Source: Octopus vulgaris (Eukaryota). From it: 64,000 nt of DNA. Location: contig OX597836.1 of NCBI GenBank assembly GCA_951406725.2, positions 23,932,001 through 23,996,000 of the forward strand. The letters are read 5' to 3'. This document shows positions 1 through 15,209 of this stretch, in pieces. Made by a program: the position numbers and the translations under genes. Numbering within the stretch: position 1 is the first letter of the stretch; each line of letters opens with the position of its first letter. The notes under the pieces are model-generated. The model saw nothing but the letters and a program-made list of their open reading frames with translations, did not search any database and was not told the origin of the DNA.

Positions 1-2400
1 CACTACTCTCAGATCACAACACGGTAGAGCTGACCATGCACGGGCCAAAGGAAAGCATGGACATGCAGCCTACAAGAAACACTCAGAATCTTTCCAGCTT
101 GAACTTCCATAAGGCAAACTGGAAACAAAGTGAGAAAGAGATCCTCAATCAAAACTGGCCTGAATGTCTATCCTCGCCAGACATCGACATGAAACTTCAA
201 CAATTCAAGTCTGTAATGCAAGCCATATGCTACATATGTGTCCCAGAGAGAAAGGCCACTGTACACAAGAGCAAAATCCCCAGAGAGAGGAAAATTCTAA
301 TGAGACGGCGTACAAAAGTTTCAAATCGCCTAAACAAACAAATTGAAAGCAGTGAAAAGTCCCGCCTGAAAATAAAACTGTTGGAAATTGAAAAATGTCT
401 GCAACTCACCCATGAAAAAGAAAGAGCAGACAAAGAAGCCTGGGCTATAGACAGCATAAAATCTAACCCCAGAGCTTTCTACAGGTATGGCAAAGAAACA
501 GCTACGGTGCACTGCAGGATAGGGCCACTCCTTGAAAAGGATAGCACACTCACAGAAAATCCAATGAGGGTAAGTGAAATACTAAATGAGCAATTCAAGA
601 GTATTTTCACTCCACCCCTAGGGCATTTTCAAGTCAGCAATCAAACTGATTTCTTTACCACTGCAGATATAAAATCAGAGGCAGTGATGATTGATTACAT
701 CAATATAAAGGAAGACAATGTAATAAAGGCTATTGATGAAATGAAAACAAACTCAGCTACTGGCCCCGATGGATTCCCAGCAATCCTTCTAAAAGTATGT
801 AAGAGAGTCCTAGCAAGACCACTGCAGTTCCTCTTTCAGAGCTTCCTTGCAACTAGCAAACTTCCAAGAAAACTGAAGGAAGGTAAAATATGCCCTATTC
901 ATAAAGGAGGTAGCAGAGCGGAGGCCAAGAACTACAGACTTATCGCTCTGACCTCACATATCAGCAAGGTCATGGGACGAATAGTCAGAAGGAAACTAAT
1001 CACCTTCCTTGAAGAAAATGACTTGCTGCCTGACACCCAACATGGTTTCCGACCAGGAAGAAGCTGCTTAACTCAGCTCCTACAACACTATGACTGGGTG
1101 CTGAAACGACTGCTCAACCACTCAAATGTGGAAGTGATATATCTCGACTTTGCAAAGGCCTTTGATAAAGTCGATCATGGAATGATATGTCACAAACTGC
1201 GTGATCTTGGCATAGTTGGAAAATTGGGAGAATGGCTTCATGACTTTCTGAAGGATAGAAGTCAGGTGGTAGTAGCTTCCATTAACAGGCAAATAGTGAG
1301 CGGTGTTCCGCAAGGCACTGTTCTGGGACCACTACTGTTCATAATGGCCCTCTCAGACATGCCCTCAGCCACAAAGAGAGCCACGATCACAAGTTATGCA
1401 GATGATACAAAAGTTTCACAGGCAATACAGAACCCTGAAGACGCTAAGCACCTGCTATGTGAGCTGGACAAAATATACAAGTGAGCTGAAAAGAATAGCA
1501 TGCAGTTCAATGCTGAAAAGTTTCAAGCTTTATACTATCAGCATGCAAAACTAAATGCAATACCCAATAAATACACTGGACCTGGAGGGATTGCAATCCC
1601 AGAGGCACAATCAGTGCGAGACCTGGGTATTTACATGAGTTATGATGCAACCTTTCATGTGCATGTTGCTAAATTGGCAATGAAATGTAGGCGGCTGACC
1701 GGATGGATTCTTAGAACCTTTAGAACAAGAGACCAGGAAACCATGATGGCCCTCTGGAGGACACTTGTCCTAAGCCACTGTGACTATTGCTCTCAGCTAT
1801 GGTCACCATCCAGTGTCAAGTTAATCACAGAACTTGAGGCGATCCAACGAAGCTACACGAAGAAGATAGCCTCTGTGCAGCATATAAGCTATTGGGAAAG
1901 ACTCAAGAGATTGAGACTCTATTCATTAGAGCGTAGGCGAGAAAGATATGCCATAATATACATCTGTAAGATCCTAGAAGGACTTGTCTCAAACTTTGGC
2001 ATCAAGAGTTACACAAATGCCAGAACTGGGCGCCACTGCATAGTGCCAAGGACTCCAAATTTGCCATCAAGATGTAGGACAAGATACTGTGATAGCCTGG
2101 GCTTCCGAGGCCCACAGCTCTTCAATATCCTCCCGAAGAAACTAAGAGACCTGCATGGGGTGGATGCAGATGTCTTTAAAATGAAACTGGATCTCTTCTT
2201 GTCAGGTGTCCCAGATGAACCAACTTCACGGCAGGAGGTGCAGATGAGGGCAGCTGCATCGAACTCTCTCATGCACCAGATGGCATTTGCTAAAAAGCAT
2301 TCGTGAAGTAAAATCATGTAGCAGCACCAAATGGCGGTGCCCCAGCATGGCCACAGCTTGTGAGCTGAAACTAAATAAAATAAAATAAAATAAAATAAAT
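1..2400 (+). mobile_element. CR1-clade LINE, ORF2 (RT and C-terminal part) plus 3' end; starts before the window
   Basis: ORFs 36-1484 and 1500-2306 are in one frame, split by a single TGA (1482-1484) where the sister copy has TGG. RT motifs QHGFRPGRSC, YLDFAKAFDKV, SGVPQGTVLGPLLF, YADDTK. 3' tail GGCGGTGCCCCAGCATGGCC...CTGAAAC followed by (TAAAA)n. Confidence 0.92.
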
Positions 2401-3280
2401 ATAAATACGCTTATCCAGAACAATCACAGATACTTGACCATAGCAAATATCGTGTGTGTGTACGATCTTCATTCATTCATTCATTCTTCCTTTCCTTCTT
2501 TCGTTCTTTCTGTTTTCCTTTGATCCTTTTATTTCTCTCTCCTCACTATCCTCAACATAATCTACTTTTACCATCTACACTTGCCTAATTACACATTGCC
2601 TAATTTAATATTTTGTTTCCACGAACTACACCGTCATTTTAAGCTAGTCCTTGAACTCCCCATCCCCATTCTTTCAGTATGTCACGCTTAGCTTTAGTAA
2701 GACACGATACTCTATCAAAATCGTTTTTCTTTGCCGTTGTCAACAAGTCATTTGCATCCTAATGGTTTCCGTATTCAGCTTCACCCTGCCTCATAAAGCA
2801 GCTTTTCTATGCAACTATTTGGCGTCTAGTCCTCCCGACGTCTTACGCAAGAAAAACTTGGCTCTGGCCAATCCCAATCCCACACTTTTTTGCATTACAT
2901 CCGCATCCACTTTTTGTCTACCTACTCCTGTTTCCCAGTTTCGTTCAATTTTTCCTCATTTCTCACTTTTATATGCTCTCTAGAAAATTTTAGAAAGGAA
3001 ACAGTCTTATATTATAAAAGAGAAACTGATCTCCGACTGTCTGACAATAACAACATCTGTGTAGCGGGAGGGACAATTGGAGAGAAAAAGTTGTCGAGAG
3101 AGAGAGAGAGAGAGAGAGAGTATGTGTGTGTTTAAAAGATAGATATTAGTATTGTCACCTTATTAACTAACAAATTTTGATTTTAAATGCAGTAATTTTA
3201 TGGGCAAGTCAGTCAACACAACGCAACATAGACTAAAAGGAGACTATATTTATGTATGTACGTATGTACATACATAAATA

Positions 3281-5814
3281 TCTATACTATAATGGAGAAA
3301 GCTGTTTATTTATTAGGTATGCAACAATTACCAAAAGTACTAAAAGAAAGGAATTATTAAAGACTTGACTGTCTGGAAATATTTTCATAAATTCATGTTC
3401 TAAGAAATTTCCTATAATTTCGATTTCTCAAGTTTATTGAATTTTTTGAACTCCAATTTCTCGCAAATTTAAATATTTATTTCATTCATTGCGGACTATT
3501 CCATTTTCGTTTGCAAAGTCTCTCACTTTCTCTTTTAAGTTTTAATCCGCTACATGGAAAACCGAAAATTTTATTAACGTATACGTAATGTAAAATCATT
3601 ATTTATTGAATACATTTTTTTTAAATATCAATATAATTTTTGAACGCGGGATAGCTGTGAGAAGAGCCTAGAAAGTTGGATAATTACTATTACAAGACGA
3701 GGAGAAAAAAAGTTGGCAACAAGAAACCGAAGCTTGCACCTTATTGTACGTTTCCAAACACTCCCTACCACTAAGCCAATATATATACACAATCAGGGCG
3801 GCGAGCTAGCAGAAACGTTAGCACGCCGGCCGAAATGCGTAGCCGTATTTCGTCTGCCGTTCTGAGTTCAAATTCCGCCGAGGTCGACTTTGCCTTTCAT
3901 CCTTTCGGGGTCGATTAAATAAGTACCAGTTACGCACTGGGGTCGATGTAATCGATTTAATCCGTTTGTCTGTCCTTGCTTGTTCCCTCTGTGTTTAGCC
4001 CCTTGTGGGTAGTAAAGAAATAGGTATTTCGTCTGCTGTTACGTTCTGAGTTCAAATGCCGCCGATCTCGACTTTGCCTTTCATCCTCTTGGAATCGATT
4101 AAATAAGTACCAGTTACGCACTGGAGTCGATCCAGTCGACTTAATCCCTTTGTCTGTCTTTGTTTGTCCCCTCTATGTTTAAACCCTTGTGGGTAGTAAA
4201 GAATTATATGTTTAGCCCCCTGTGGGCAATACAGAAATAAATATATATATACAAACAATTTGCACGAGGGACTTCAACAGTGACACACACACACACACAC
4301 ACACCAACACACTCGCGCACACACATAGATACACATACACACAAATGAAAGGAAATGACTGTGTGTGTACGTGCGCGCGCGCGTGTGTATGTTTGTGTGT
4401 GTGCGCTGTTCACTGACAAAACTTCGTGCTGCATCACTTTGTGAAGTTTCGTCAGTGAACAGGTCGCGGTTTCAAAGCGACGAAAATACTTTGACACAAA
4501 TGAAATTTTAATATTGAAGTGAAACTAACGATTTTTGTGTTCTTGAATGGCTTACAAACATCCTCAACGCTGCAATTATCTTTGTTTCAGCACACGATCT
4601 CAGATCAAGTCACTTGGTATGCAAGTACATCTCCATATTTTTTTAATCACTATTGATAAATGTCAGGAATGACCTTCTCAGACTCTCCAATATTTAAAAT
4701 TCTAAACAGAAACAATCAGAGGCAGGGAGTGGGGTTGGAAAAAATTCATAATTTCTCAAATTTTCTTTTTTATAGCATATAAATGTATTTATGGGGAGAA
4801 AATATTGAAAAACCATCAATACATGCGAGAGTGATAAAGGAACGAAGCAGGTTGTCTTTGGAAACAACAGCCAAATCGCTAGAAACAATAGCCAAATCGC
4901 CCTTAAATCACTCACTTTTCCCTCTGAAAATAATTTTTTGCCGAAAGTGCTCTTCTCGTGGTTTTTAAGTGCAAAAAAAAAAAAGTGGCAAAATAGGTCC
5001 GGAGTGGGATGATGACGGAGGAGGGTGTAAAATAAAGTTTTCAAAACTGCTTTCATACAAAGAAGCCCCACGCCCAACCCCATCATTTAGAAGGCTGTAG
5101 TTTTTTTTAAAAATGGGGAAAATCCCCGAAAAAATTTCTCTCACAAATTTCTTTATAATCGTAATCTATACCGTTTGAAAAGGATTTGTATAAATTTTCA
5201 TTAAAAGATACCCATCTTCCTGAAAGTTTTGAGAGAAAAAAGTCAGATTGTATGAACTTTCCGAAACTCCTCTCTTCACCCGCTCAGAAAAATTCTTACA
5301 CATAAATTCCTATATTCTCTGAAGCCATAGCATCTAAGCGGTATTAGTAGAACATTTTGTTAAAAAGTATCCATTTTCCTGGATGTTATTAGGCAACAAA
5401 TTAGGGTGAGGACACATCTGTAGTAATGTCCTTTTATTTATACGATATTTTCATTTCATGTTTATTTCATTCATTGCTTGCAATGTTCTCTCTCGCCCTT
5501 CTCTTTCACGCACACACTGTAAAGCTTACAGAGGAGCTGCTGAATTAAAATCTCTGTTGCTTTGAGGGGAAGGTAAAACTTGACAAACTGCTTCTCCCTG
5601 TTGTTGGAGTACCGTGATGTTTGTTTAAAAAAGTGAGATTATGGCTGTGATAAAATAATGAAAGCAATATTTACTAAGCAAGTGAGGACTATTATACAAA
5701 TAAATAAATAAACGTAAAATATAAAAATTATTAGAATTGGGAATCAAAGAACCAAATGTGAAAATATTATCAAGGGGCTAGGAGAAAACCGCCCGCCGGG
5801 CGGTCTTTCTGCTA

Positions 5815-5815
<1 letters not shown>
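3281..5815 (+). mobile_element. Non-autonomous Helitron-like element with a nested SINE
   Basis: Starts A|TCTATACTATAAT at 3281; ends with the GC hairpin GAAAACCGCCC-GCC-GGGCGGTCTTTC then CTAG|T (5812-5815). These are the TC...hairpin-CTAG termini in an AT target typical of Helitrons. Pairing the two ends as one element is inferred. Confidence 0.65.
3796..4241 (+). mobile_element. tRNA-derived SINE family A with duplicated body
   Basis: Head GGCGGCGAGCTAGCAGAAACGTTAGC, B-box-like GAGTTCAAATTCC, core CCTTTCATCCTTTCGGGGTCGAT...AAGTACCAG; the body repeats at about 4025-4200. Many homologs elsewhere in the window. Confidence 0.85.
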
Positions 5816-5873
<58 letters not shown>

Positions 5874-5884
5874 TATATACATAT

Positions 5885-5921
<37 letters not shown>

Positions 5922-6211
5922 CATATAGTTATATTTTTCTTGAGTGTGTGTGTGTGTGTTTCTGCATGTCTTTCAACATATAGAAAACTCAACACAGATA
6001 TAAAAAAAGACGTTCAATTTGAACAATTTCTAACATACGTTCATGATTAACAAATACTGTGACAGATACGACCTTGTTCAAAATGAAAACGGTATGGCCG
6101 GTTGTATCCCCCTGAAAAATAAAGGAGGGAGAATGAAGAGCAACTCTAAATTTCGAAAACAAACTTTATATATGCAGAGTTCCTCTGCTGCTTCAACCTT
6201 GATATCAAATT

Positions 6212-8236
<2,025 letters not shown>

Positions 8237-8420
8237 CCCTCTCTCTCTTTTATCGCTTTCAGTCTGTCTCTCTCTTTATATATATACATATATAATTGTT
8301 CTGCAATGGCTCTATAACTACCGTCTCGGTTATAACCTTGGAGCCCTAGTAATCCGTTACAGCACTTATCTAGTGTACCTAATCGTTTAGATCACTTGTG
8401 AACTAAAATCCCATACTTTG

Positions 8421-8462
<42 letters not shown>

Positions 8463-8464
<2 letters not shown>

Positions 8465-9716
8465 AGGGTTGGACAAAATATTGGAAACACCTAACATCAT
8501 AGCATCATAATTTTGAAATATCTATAAAACCGTCAAAAGCTTGTTTCTCTTTATGTTTTTTCTTATTTATTATTAGTGTTGCTTAATATGTTTTGCTAAA
8601 GCTGCTGTTTCTTTTCAGATATCATCAGAAAAAAGGTAATTAAACTTCATTAAAATGACTGATCTATCGGACTTTCCAAAGAGGTTAAATTGTTGGTTCT
8701 CGTATGACAGGCTCTAGGGTAACGAAAACAGCCGAAATGTTTGGCGTATCAAGAAGTATTGTCTAGCAAATAATGACAGCCTTTGAGAAAGAGGGAAAAA
8801 CCTCCTCGTCGAAACAAAACTCTGGAAGAAAACCAAAACTTTCAGATAAGGATCGTCGGACTCTTACGCGAATTGTTAGAAAGGATCACAAAAGTACAAC
8901 TCGCAAAATTACTGCAGAGCTTGATGACCAATTTCCAATAAAACTATTCGCCGGGAGCTGCACGAAGCCGGATTTTACAGGAGGGCTGCAATCAGAAAAT
9001 CACTACTTTCAAAAACAAACGTTGCAAAGCGTTTAGAGTGGAGTAAAAACCTACAGAATTTGGTCCCTAGAGCAGTGGAAGAATGTTATTTTCTCGGACT
9101 AGTCATTCTTTACTCTATTTCCAACCACCGGCCGAGTATACGTGTGGAGACAGCCAAACGAAGCATTTGTCCCAGACTGCCTTCTTCAACCTGTTAAACA
9201 CGGAGGAATATATATAATGATCTGATGGGCTATATATTGGAAATCCGCCGGCCCAATAGTTTCCTTTCATGGCAGAATTAATAGTCAAGAACATTTAAGG
9301 ATTTTATCTGATCAAATTCATTCTATCATTGCGGAACTGTTTCCGGAGGGAAACGCAGTCTTTCAGGATGATAATGCATCAATTCACTCAGCTAAAGTTG
9401 TTACTGAATGGCACGAGGAAAATTCTAGTGAAGTTGAACATCTTATCTGGCCAGCACAGTCCCCAGATCTCAATATTATTCAACATTTACGGTGAATTTT
9501 AGAAAAACAAGTAAGGAGTGGATATCATCCACCATCACCACTACAAGAACTGGAGACTGGGTTAGCTGAAGAATGGACAAACATTCCTTTGGAAACAATT
9601 CAAACTTTGTACGAGTAGAATTCAAGCTGTAATTGCTGCCAAAGGCGGTCCTGCCCCGAATTAAAATAAATTTGTTTGAAATTATAAAGTGTTTCCATTA
9701 CTTTGTCCAACGACTG
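8463..9716 (+). mobile_element. Tc1/mariner DNA transposon, DD36E (Incomer-like), decayed transposase
   Basis: About 28-bp imperfect TIRs (CAAGGGTTGGACAAAATATTGGAAACAC / GTGTTTCCATTACTTTGTCCAACGACTG) flanked by TA. Transposase remnants MTDLSDF, RNSGRKPKLS-like, VIFSD, FQDDNASIH, WPAQSPDLNII. There are 36 codons between D (9370) and the E position (9481, here CAA). Confidence 0.9.
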
Positions 9717-9720
9717 TATA

Positions 9721-9785
<65 letters not shown>

Positions 9786-9804
9786 GTATATATATACATA
9801 TATA

Positions 9805-10079
9805 TATCACGTGATCACGTGACTGACCAGTCCATCAGATGTAGTTACACATCGCTGGTCATAATGCGTTCGCATTGTTTTAGCCTTCGAATGACGCCAC
9901 TCCGCTGGCTAAGCGAGCAGGCCAACAGAAGAAAGAGTGGGAGAAAGAGTGGTGAAAGAGTACAGCAGGGATCACCACCCCCTGCCGGAGCCTCGTGGAG
10001 CTTTTAGGTGTTTTCGCTCAACAAACACTCCGCGAGTCCGCGAGTCCGCTGTCTCAACCACTGGGCCATTGCGCCTCCA
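9805..10079 (-). mobile_element. tRNA-derived SINE family C
   Basis: Minus strand starts GGAGGCGCAATGGCCCAGTGGTTGAG (A-box-like); homologous over its length to 19177-19472; flanked by TA/CA repeats. Confidence 0.8.
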
Positions 10080-10090
10080 CACACACACAC

Positions 10091-10132
<42 letters not shown>

Positions 10133-10148
<16 letters not shown>

Positions 10149-12261
10149 CTAGTTTCAGCTCAGAGATGCGGCCATGCTGATGCACCGCCGTTTTGTGCTA
10201 CACTGTTATTGCGACGAACCTCGTCTAATATGTGGCACTTGGTGAAGAATGGAGTTTGATACAGCTACTCTCATTTGCACTTCTTGCCGTGAGGTAGGTT
10301 CATCTGGGACTCTTGACAGGAAGATGTCCAGCTTTGATTTAAAAACCGCTACATCTACTTTGTGCAAGTTCCTCAGACTCTTTGGGAGAATATTAAAAAG
10401 CTGTGGGCCCTTGAAACCCAGGCTGTTGCAGAAGCTGGTCCTGAAGCGTGGTGGCATTGCTGGGATCTTTGGCACTATGCAGTGTCGTCCCGTTCTAGCA
10501 TTGGTGTAGCTTACAATGCCAAAATTTGGCACAATTCCTTCCAGGGTCTTCCAGACATATATTACTGCATATCTCTCCCGTCTTCTCTCCTGGGAGTAGA
10601 GTCTTAGCTGTTTCAACCTTTCCCAGTAGCTGACGATCTTCTTTGTGAATCTTCTCTGGATTGCTTCAAGGTCCACTGTTAATTTTACACTGGTGGGTGA
10701 CCATAGCTGTGAGCAGTAATCCAGGCGACTGAGGACGAATGTCCGCCAGAGGACCATCATGTTTTCCTTATCTCTGGTTCTGAATATTCTTAGGATCCAC
10801 CCAGCCAGTCGTCTGCACTTTGTCGCCATCCTGGTAATGTGCACTTGGAAAGAGGTATCATCACTCATGTCGATACCCAGGTCCCTCACAGACTTAGGCT
10901 CTGGGATTGAAATTCCCTGTGGACAAGTGTATCCTGTAAGTTTAATATTCAGTTTTGGATGCTTGTAGCGCAGAGCCTGGAATTTTTCAGCATTAAACTG
11001 CATATTATTATCCTCAGCCCATCTGTAGATTGAGTCCAACTCCTGCTGCAGGTGTGCAACATCGCTGGGGTTCTGTATTTTCTGCGAGACTTTCGTATCG
11101 TCTGCATAGCTGGCCAGAGTGGCTATCCGGGCATTTGAGGGCATATCTGAGAGAGCCACTATAAAAAGCAGTGGTCCCAAGACAGTGCCCTGTGGAACAC
11201 CGCTCACTAATTGTGTGTTCATAGAGGTGGCCCCATTAACCACTACTGCCTGACTCCTATCTTTCAGGAAGTCATGCAACCACACTCCAAGTTTTCCAGC
11301 TATGCCGAGGTCACGTAGTTTGTGGCATATCATACCATGATCCATCTTGTCAAAAGCTTTTGCAAAATCAAGGTAGATTACGTCCACATTTGATTTGTTG
11401 AGTAACTACCTCAACACCCAGTCATAATGCTGTAAGAGCTGGGTCAGGCAGCTCCTACCTGGTCGAAAACCATGCTGGTTATTTTATAACCATGCTGGTT
11501 ATAACTCAGCAAGTTATTTTCCTCAAGGAATGCGATTAGTTTCTTTCTGACTATCCTTTCCATGACTTTGCTGATGTGTGAAGTGAGAGAGATAGGCCTA
11601 TAGTTTTTGGCATCTGCTCTACTTCCCCCTTTATGTATTGGGCATATTATTCCCTCCTTCAGCTTGCTTGGCAGTTTGCCATTCGCAAGAAAGCTCTGGA
11701 AGAGAATCTTGAGGGGTTTTGCCAGGGCATGCTTACACGCTTTGAGGAGGATGGCTGGGAAACCGTCTGGACCAGCAGCTGAGTTTGTGTCCACTTCATC
11801 TATGGCTAGTAGGACATCTTTTTCGCTAATGTCAATACATTCTATTGTAACCGCCTCGCTGGTTATAGATGAGGTGGCAAAGAAGTCCACTGGTTCGTTC
11901 ACTTGTCTGTGTTCCAACGGGGTGGTAAAGACACTTTTGAACTGGTCATTCAGCATCTCACTGATCATAGTTGGACTGTCTGTGAGGGAGCCATCCTTTT
12001 GGAGGAGGGGTCCTATCTTGTAGTGCACTGAGACTGTTTCTTACGCGTAATGAAAGAAGGCCTTTGGGTTTGATTTAATGTTTTTTATAACCCAGGCTTC
12101 TTTGTCTGCTTTCTCCTTCACATAGGATTGTTGCAGCCTTTTTTCGATATCCATCAGTGTTGTTTTTAGGCGGGACGTTTCGCTACTTTTGGGATGTTGG
12201 TTGAGACGATTTGCAACCTTCGTCCGTCGTCTCATGAGGATCTTCCTGTCTCTTGGAATCT
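10133..12261 (-). mobile_element. CR1-clade LINE, 5'-truncated, second subfamily
   Basis: ORFs 12041-12235, 11444-12028 and 10206-11387 carry NYRPISLTSHISK, YLDFAKAFDK, GVPQGTVLGPLLF, YADDTK. Same 3' motif as the copy at 1-2400, with a poly(A) tail. Confidence 0.92.
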
Positions 12262-12294
12262 TATATATATATATATATATACATATGCGTGTGT

Positions 12295-12376
12295 GTGCGG
12301 GAACTAAACCTGGACTGAACCTGGAACTATGTGGTTGGGAAATAAGCTGCTTTCCTCACAGCCACGCCTGCGCCTA
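12295..12376 (-). mobile_element. SINE family B head fragment
   Basis: Reverse complement AGGCGCAGGCGTGGCTGTGAGG...AACCACATAGTTCCAGGTTCAGTCC matches the head at 51583. Confidence 0.7.
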
Positions 12377-12410
12377 TATATTATACATATATATTATATT
12401 ATATTACGTT

Positions 12411-12620
12411 AAGGCGAAGAGGTTGCAGGATCTGTAGAATGCTGAACAAAATGCTTAGTGGCATTTTGGTCGTCTTTACATTCTGAGTTCAAATTTCGCC
12501 GAGATTGACTTTGCCTTTCATACCCTATCGGGGTCTATAAAATAAGTGCAAGTTTAGCGCTGGGGTTGATGTAGTCGACTTACCACCCCACTCCCCGAAA
12601 ATATTGGCTTACTGCTAAAA
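12411..12620 (+). mobile_element. SINE family A, diverged copy
   Basis: TTCTGAGTTCAAATTTCGCCGAGATTGACTTTGCCTTTCAT...CTGGGGTTGATGTAGTCGACTT. Confidence 0.75.
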
Positions 12621-14755
12621 TCATATATAATGAGAATGAGCACTGTGAAAATGTCTCTCGTAAATCATGATTACATAAACCGCGAAACTCTACTGAGGTT
12701 CTTGAAACACCCACTGAATAAAAAATCACCTGGAAGTGAGTTGGCTACTGGTCTAGAAACACTCCTTCTGTAAGGAAGCGTTTGTGAATTTATCAAAAGT
12801 AAACTTTTAAAGTTGAAATCGATTTTGTAGCTAAATAACACTCATGCCTAAGTATCAAAAGAGACATGTAGTAAAAGTCTACAAGGATGTAGACGATGTA
12901 GGTTATGTATAAACGGTACATATTTTGCCTGAATATATTTTTCCTCGATCATTGCGAAACAAATGAATGGGGACAGTTAAGGAGGAAAGAAAAACATGTG
13001 CTGTGTCGAACAGTAACTTATCAGCAAAGCAGTCCTTGTTGAACCTAAACGGAAGCCTACTGACTGTATACACAGACTATATAAATATGTTCGAATCTGT
13101 CTGTCACTCATTGACACTAGACTCATTATATCTTGTCAAACTTCCATCTGCCACAGTCGATACCATTTAAAGAGTTCAATAATGTAGCCCTAAACAACTA
13201 TCAACTCCTATAGTAACAAACTTACGTTTAAGACAAACAATAGTATTTTAAAAGAAGCAATAATGGTAAAAGACAGCAATAAAAACAATTTAATGCAAAA
13301 ACAACGGACTCGATGTTTTTCTATGGGATAGGAAAAATGTCATGTATTCTGGAGATCAGCTTCTAAGATCTAAAGATTCTTTTAAATAAAGGATATATCT
13401 GGTGAACGAATGCGCAGTCATAAAGGAATAATCACGCATATTGATATACAGAAGGGGCATGTACATTCATCAGATGGATAGAAGTATATATTAAGTATAC
13501 ACTAACATATTCACATATCTATGGAACTGTCTTCACACATGCAAGAATCTGCTCGATTCTTATGAAGAACTTTGTACAGGGTAATTTTATTGTAAAACGA
13601 AGGAAAACTACAGATAGTCAGAAAAACCTGATTATCTAAAACAAGCTGGTTCCTCAATATTTCGATGAATGCCCTGACTACCTCCCCGATATCGGTCGCA
13701 GAATACTACAGATACTCAAGAATGTATAGAAATATATCCTATTATAACCAGAAATTTATATCTGCGTAGGGTAGAAAGAGGTTCACAATGTTTGTGCACA
13801 AGTACAAATACCAACATTCGGGTTACGCTAATGGGCATTCAGTGAAATCCGGGCCACTGATGTTAAAAACTGAGAGTTTTAGAAACCACCCTCAAATTCC
13901 TACGTCTATAATGAAATTGAGCGTCTCTGCCTAACACACTGATTGAAAGAACCTTTTAATGTCATCATATCCACTAACCGCTAGATGTCACGGTGCATTC
14001 ATAGGTCATCTTGTCTGCAGACATGAAGAAAATAATCTTATGATAATTGGAAAGAAGCCCCTTGCAAGATGTTTCTTGACAAGTTGCATGTCTACTGTAA
14101 ATCATATGAAAGTAATTTTACCTATCAACAGAAGGTTACGTTGTCAGAAAACTTAAGGCTGCCAGTAAAATGGATAACCAGACTACTATGCCTTGGGACG
14201 ACAACCAGTATATTAGCTCTCATTTTGAAAATCATGCTTTTAAATCCAAGAAAGGGAAACGACGACAAAATATCTAATTCAGAAAAGATAAGGAGGCTAG
14301 CAAACATCTAAGTGCGACAAGTATGTAAGCTCGATAGAACTAACCTCATAGTTGTGACCAACAACATAAATAGTTGTCCGGAAATATCTCGATAGTATTT
14401 TCAATGAAGCACGGCGTAGAGGTACAAACAATTTAAAATGCAATCCAAGCAAAAGATATTAAAAATACAACATTGAAATAAAAATTAGATGTCCAGTGGA
14501 TGATAACATACAGCAAACGCTAAAAGAAAAAGTATCTATACTTAACTCATAAGAATGTTGCTGATTTTAATTCTAATCTCTAAATTTAGATTTATACTTG
14601 CGCTTATAGTGTCATATACTTATGTAACTAACTCCGTCTGCATTAATAATCCGACAAAACAAGACAGGATATGGTTAATCAAGAAATTATAATTACGAGT
14701 CATTTATGAAACTAAAAGTATGCGAAACATTCCACACATTTAGGCTATCATAAGA

Positions 14756-14788
<33 letters not shown>

Positions 14789-15146
14789 GTCTATCGAGAT
14801 GATTTGAAAACACAACACCTAATAACCTAATGGTATATCTTTTCTACCCGTTAGATGACATTTTTTCCCAATACAATGAATTAAATATTGTAATTTAATA
14901 TGTAGGCAAAATCGAAATAGCTCTAAGAGAATATGTTGGATTTTTGCAGTTAATAAATTATATTAGTGCTACATCTTCATTTTCTGAATTTTCTTTTGAA
15001 GATTTGTAAATTATTAGCCTTACTATTTTATGAATATCACTATTCACAAAATATACTAGGCAATGAATCAGTAATTCATTGGATATGTTTATCCCTTAAT
15101 GAGGCGATTTTGACCTCTAATGAAATATATATATATGTATATATAA

Positions 15147-15209
<63 letters not shown>

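Noticed and set aside
13515-13535. TGGAACTGT (WNC) as the upstream Wnt1 exon
   Set aside because: Context reads TYLWNCLHT, without ECxxQF-RRWNC.
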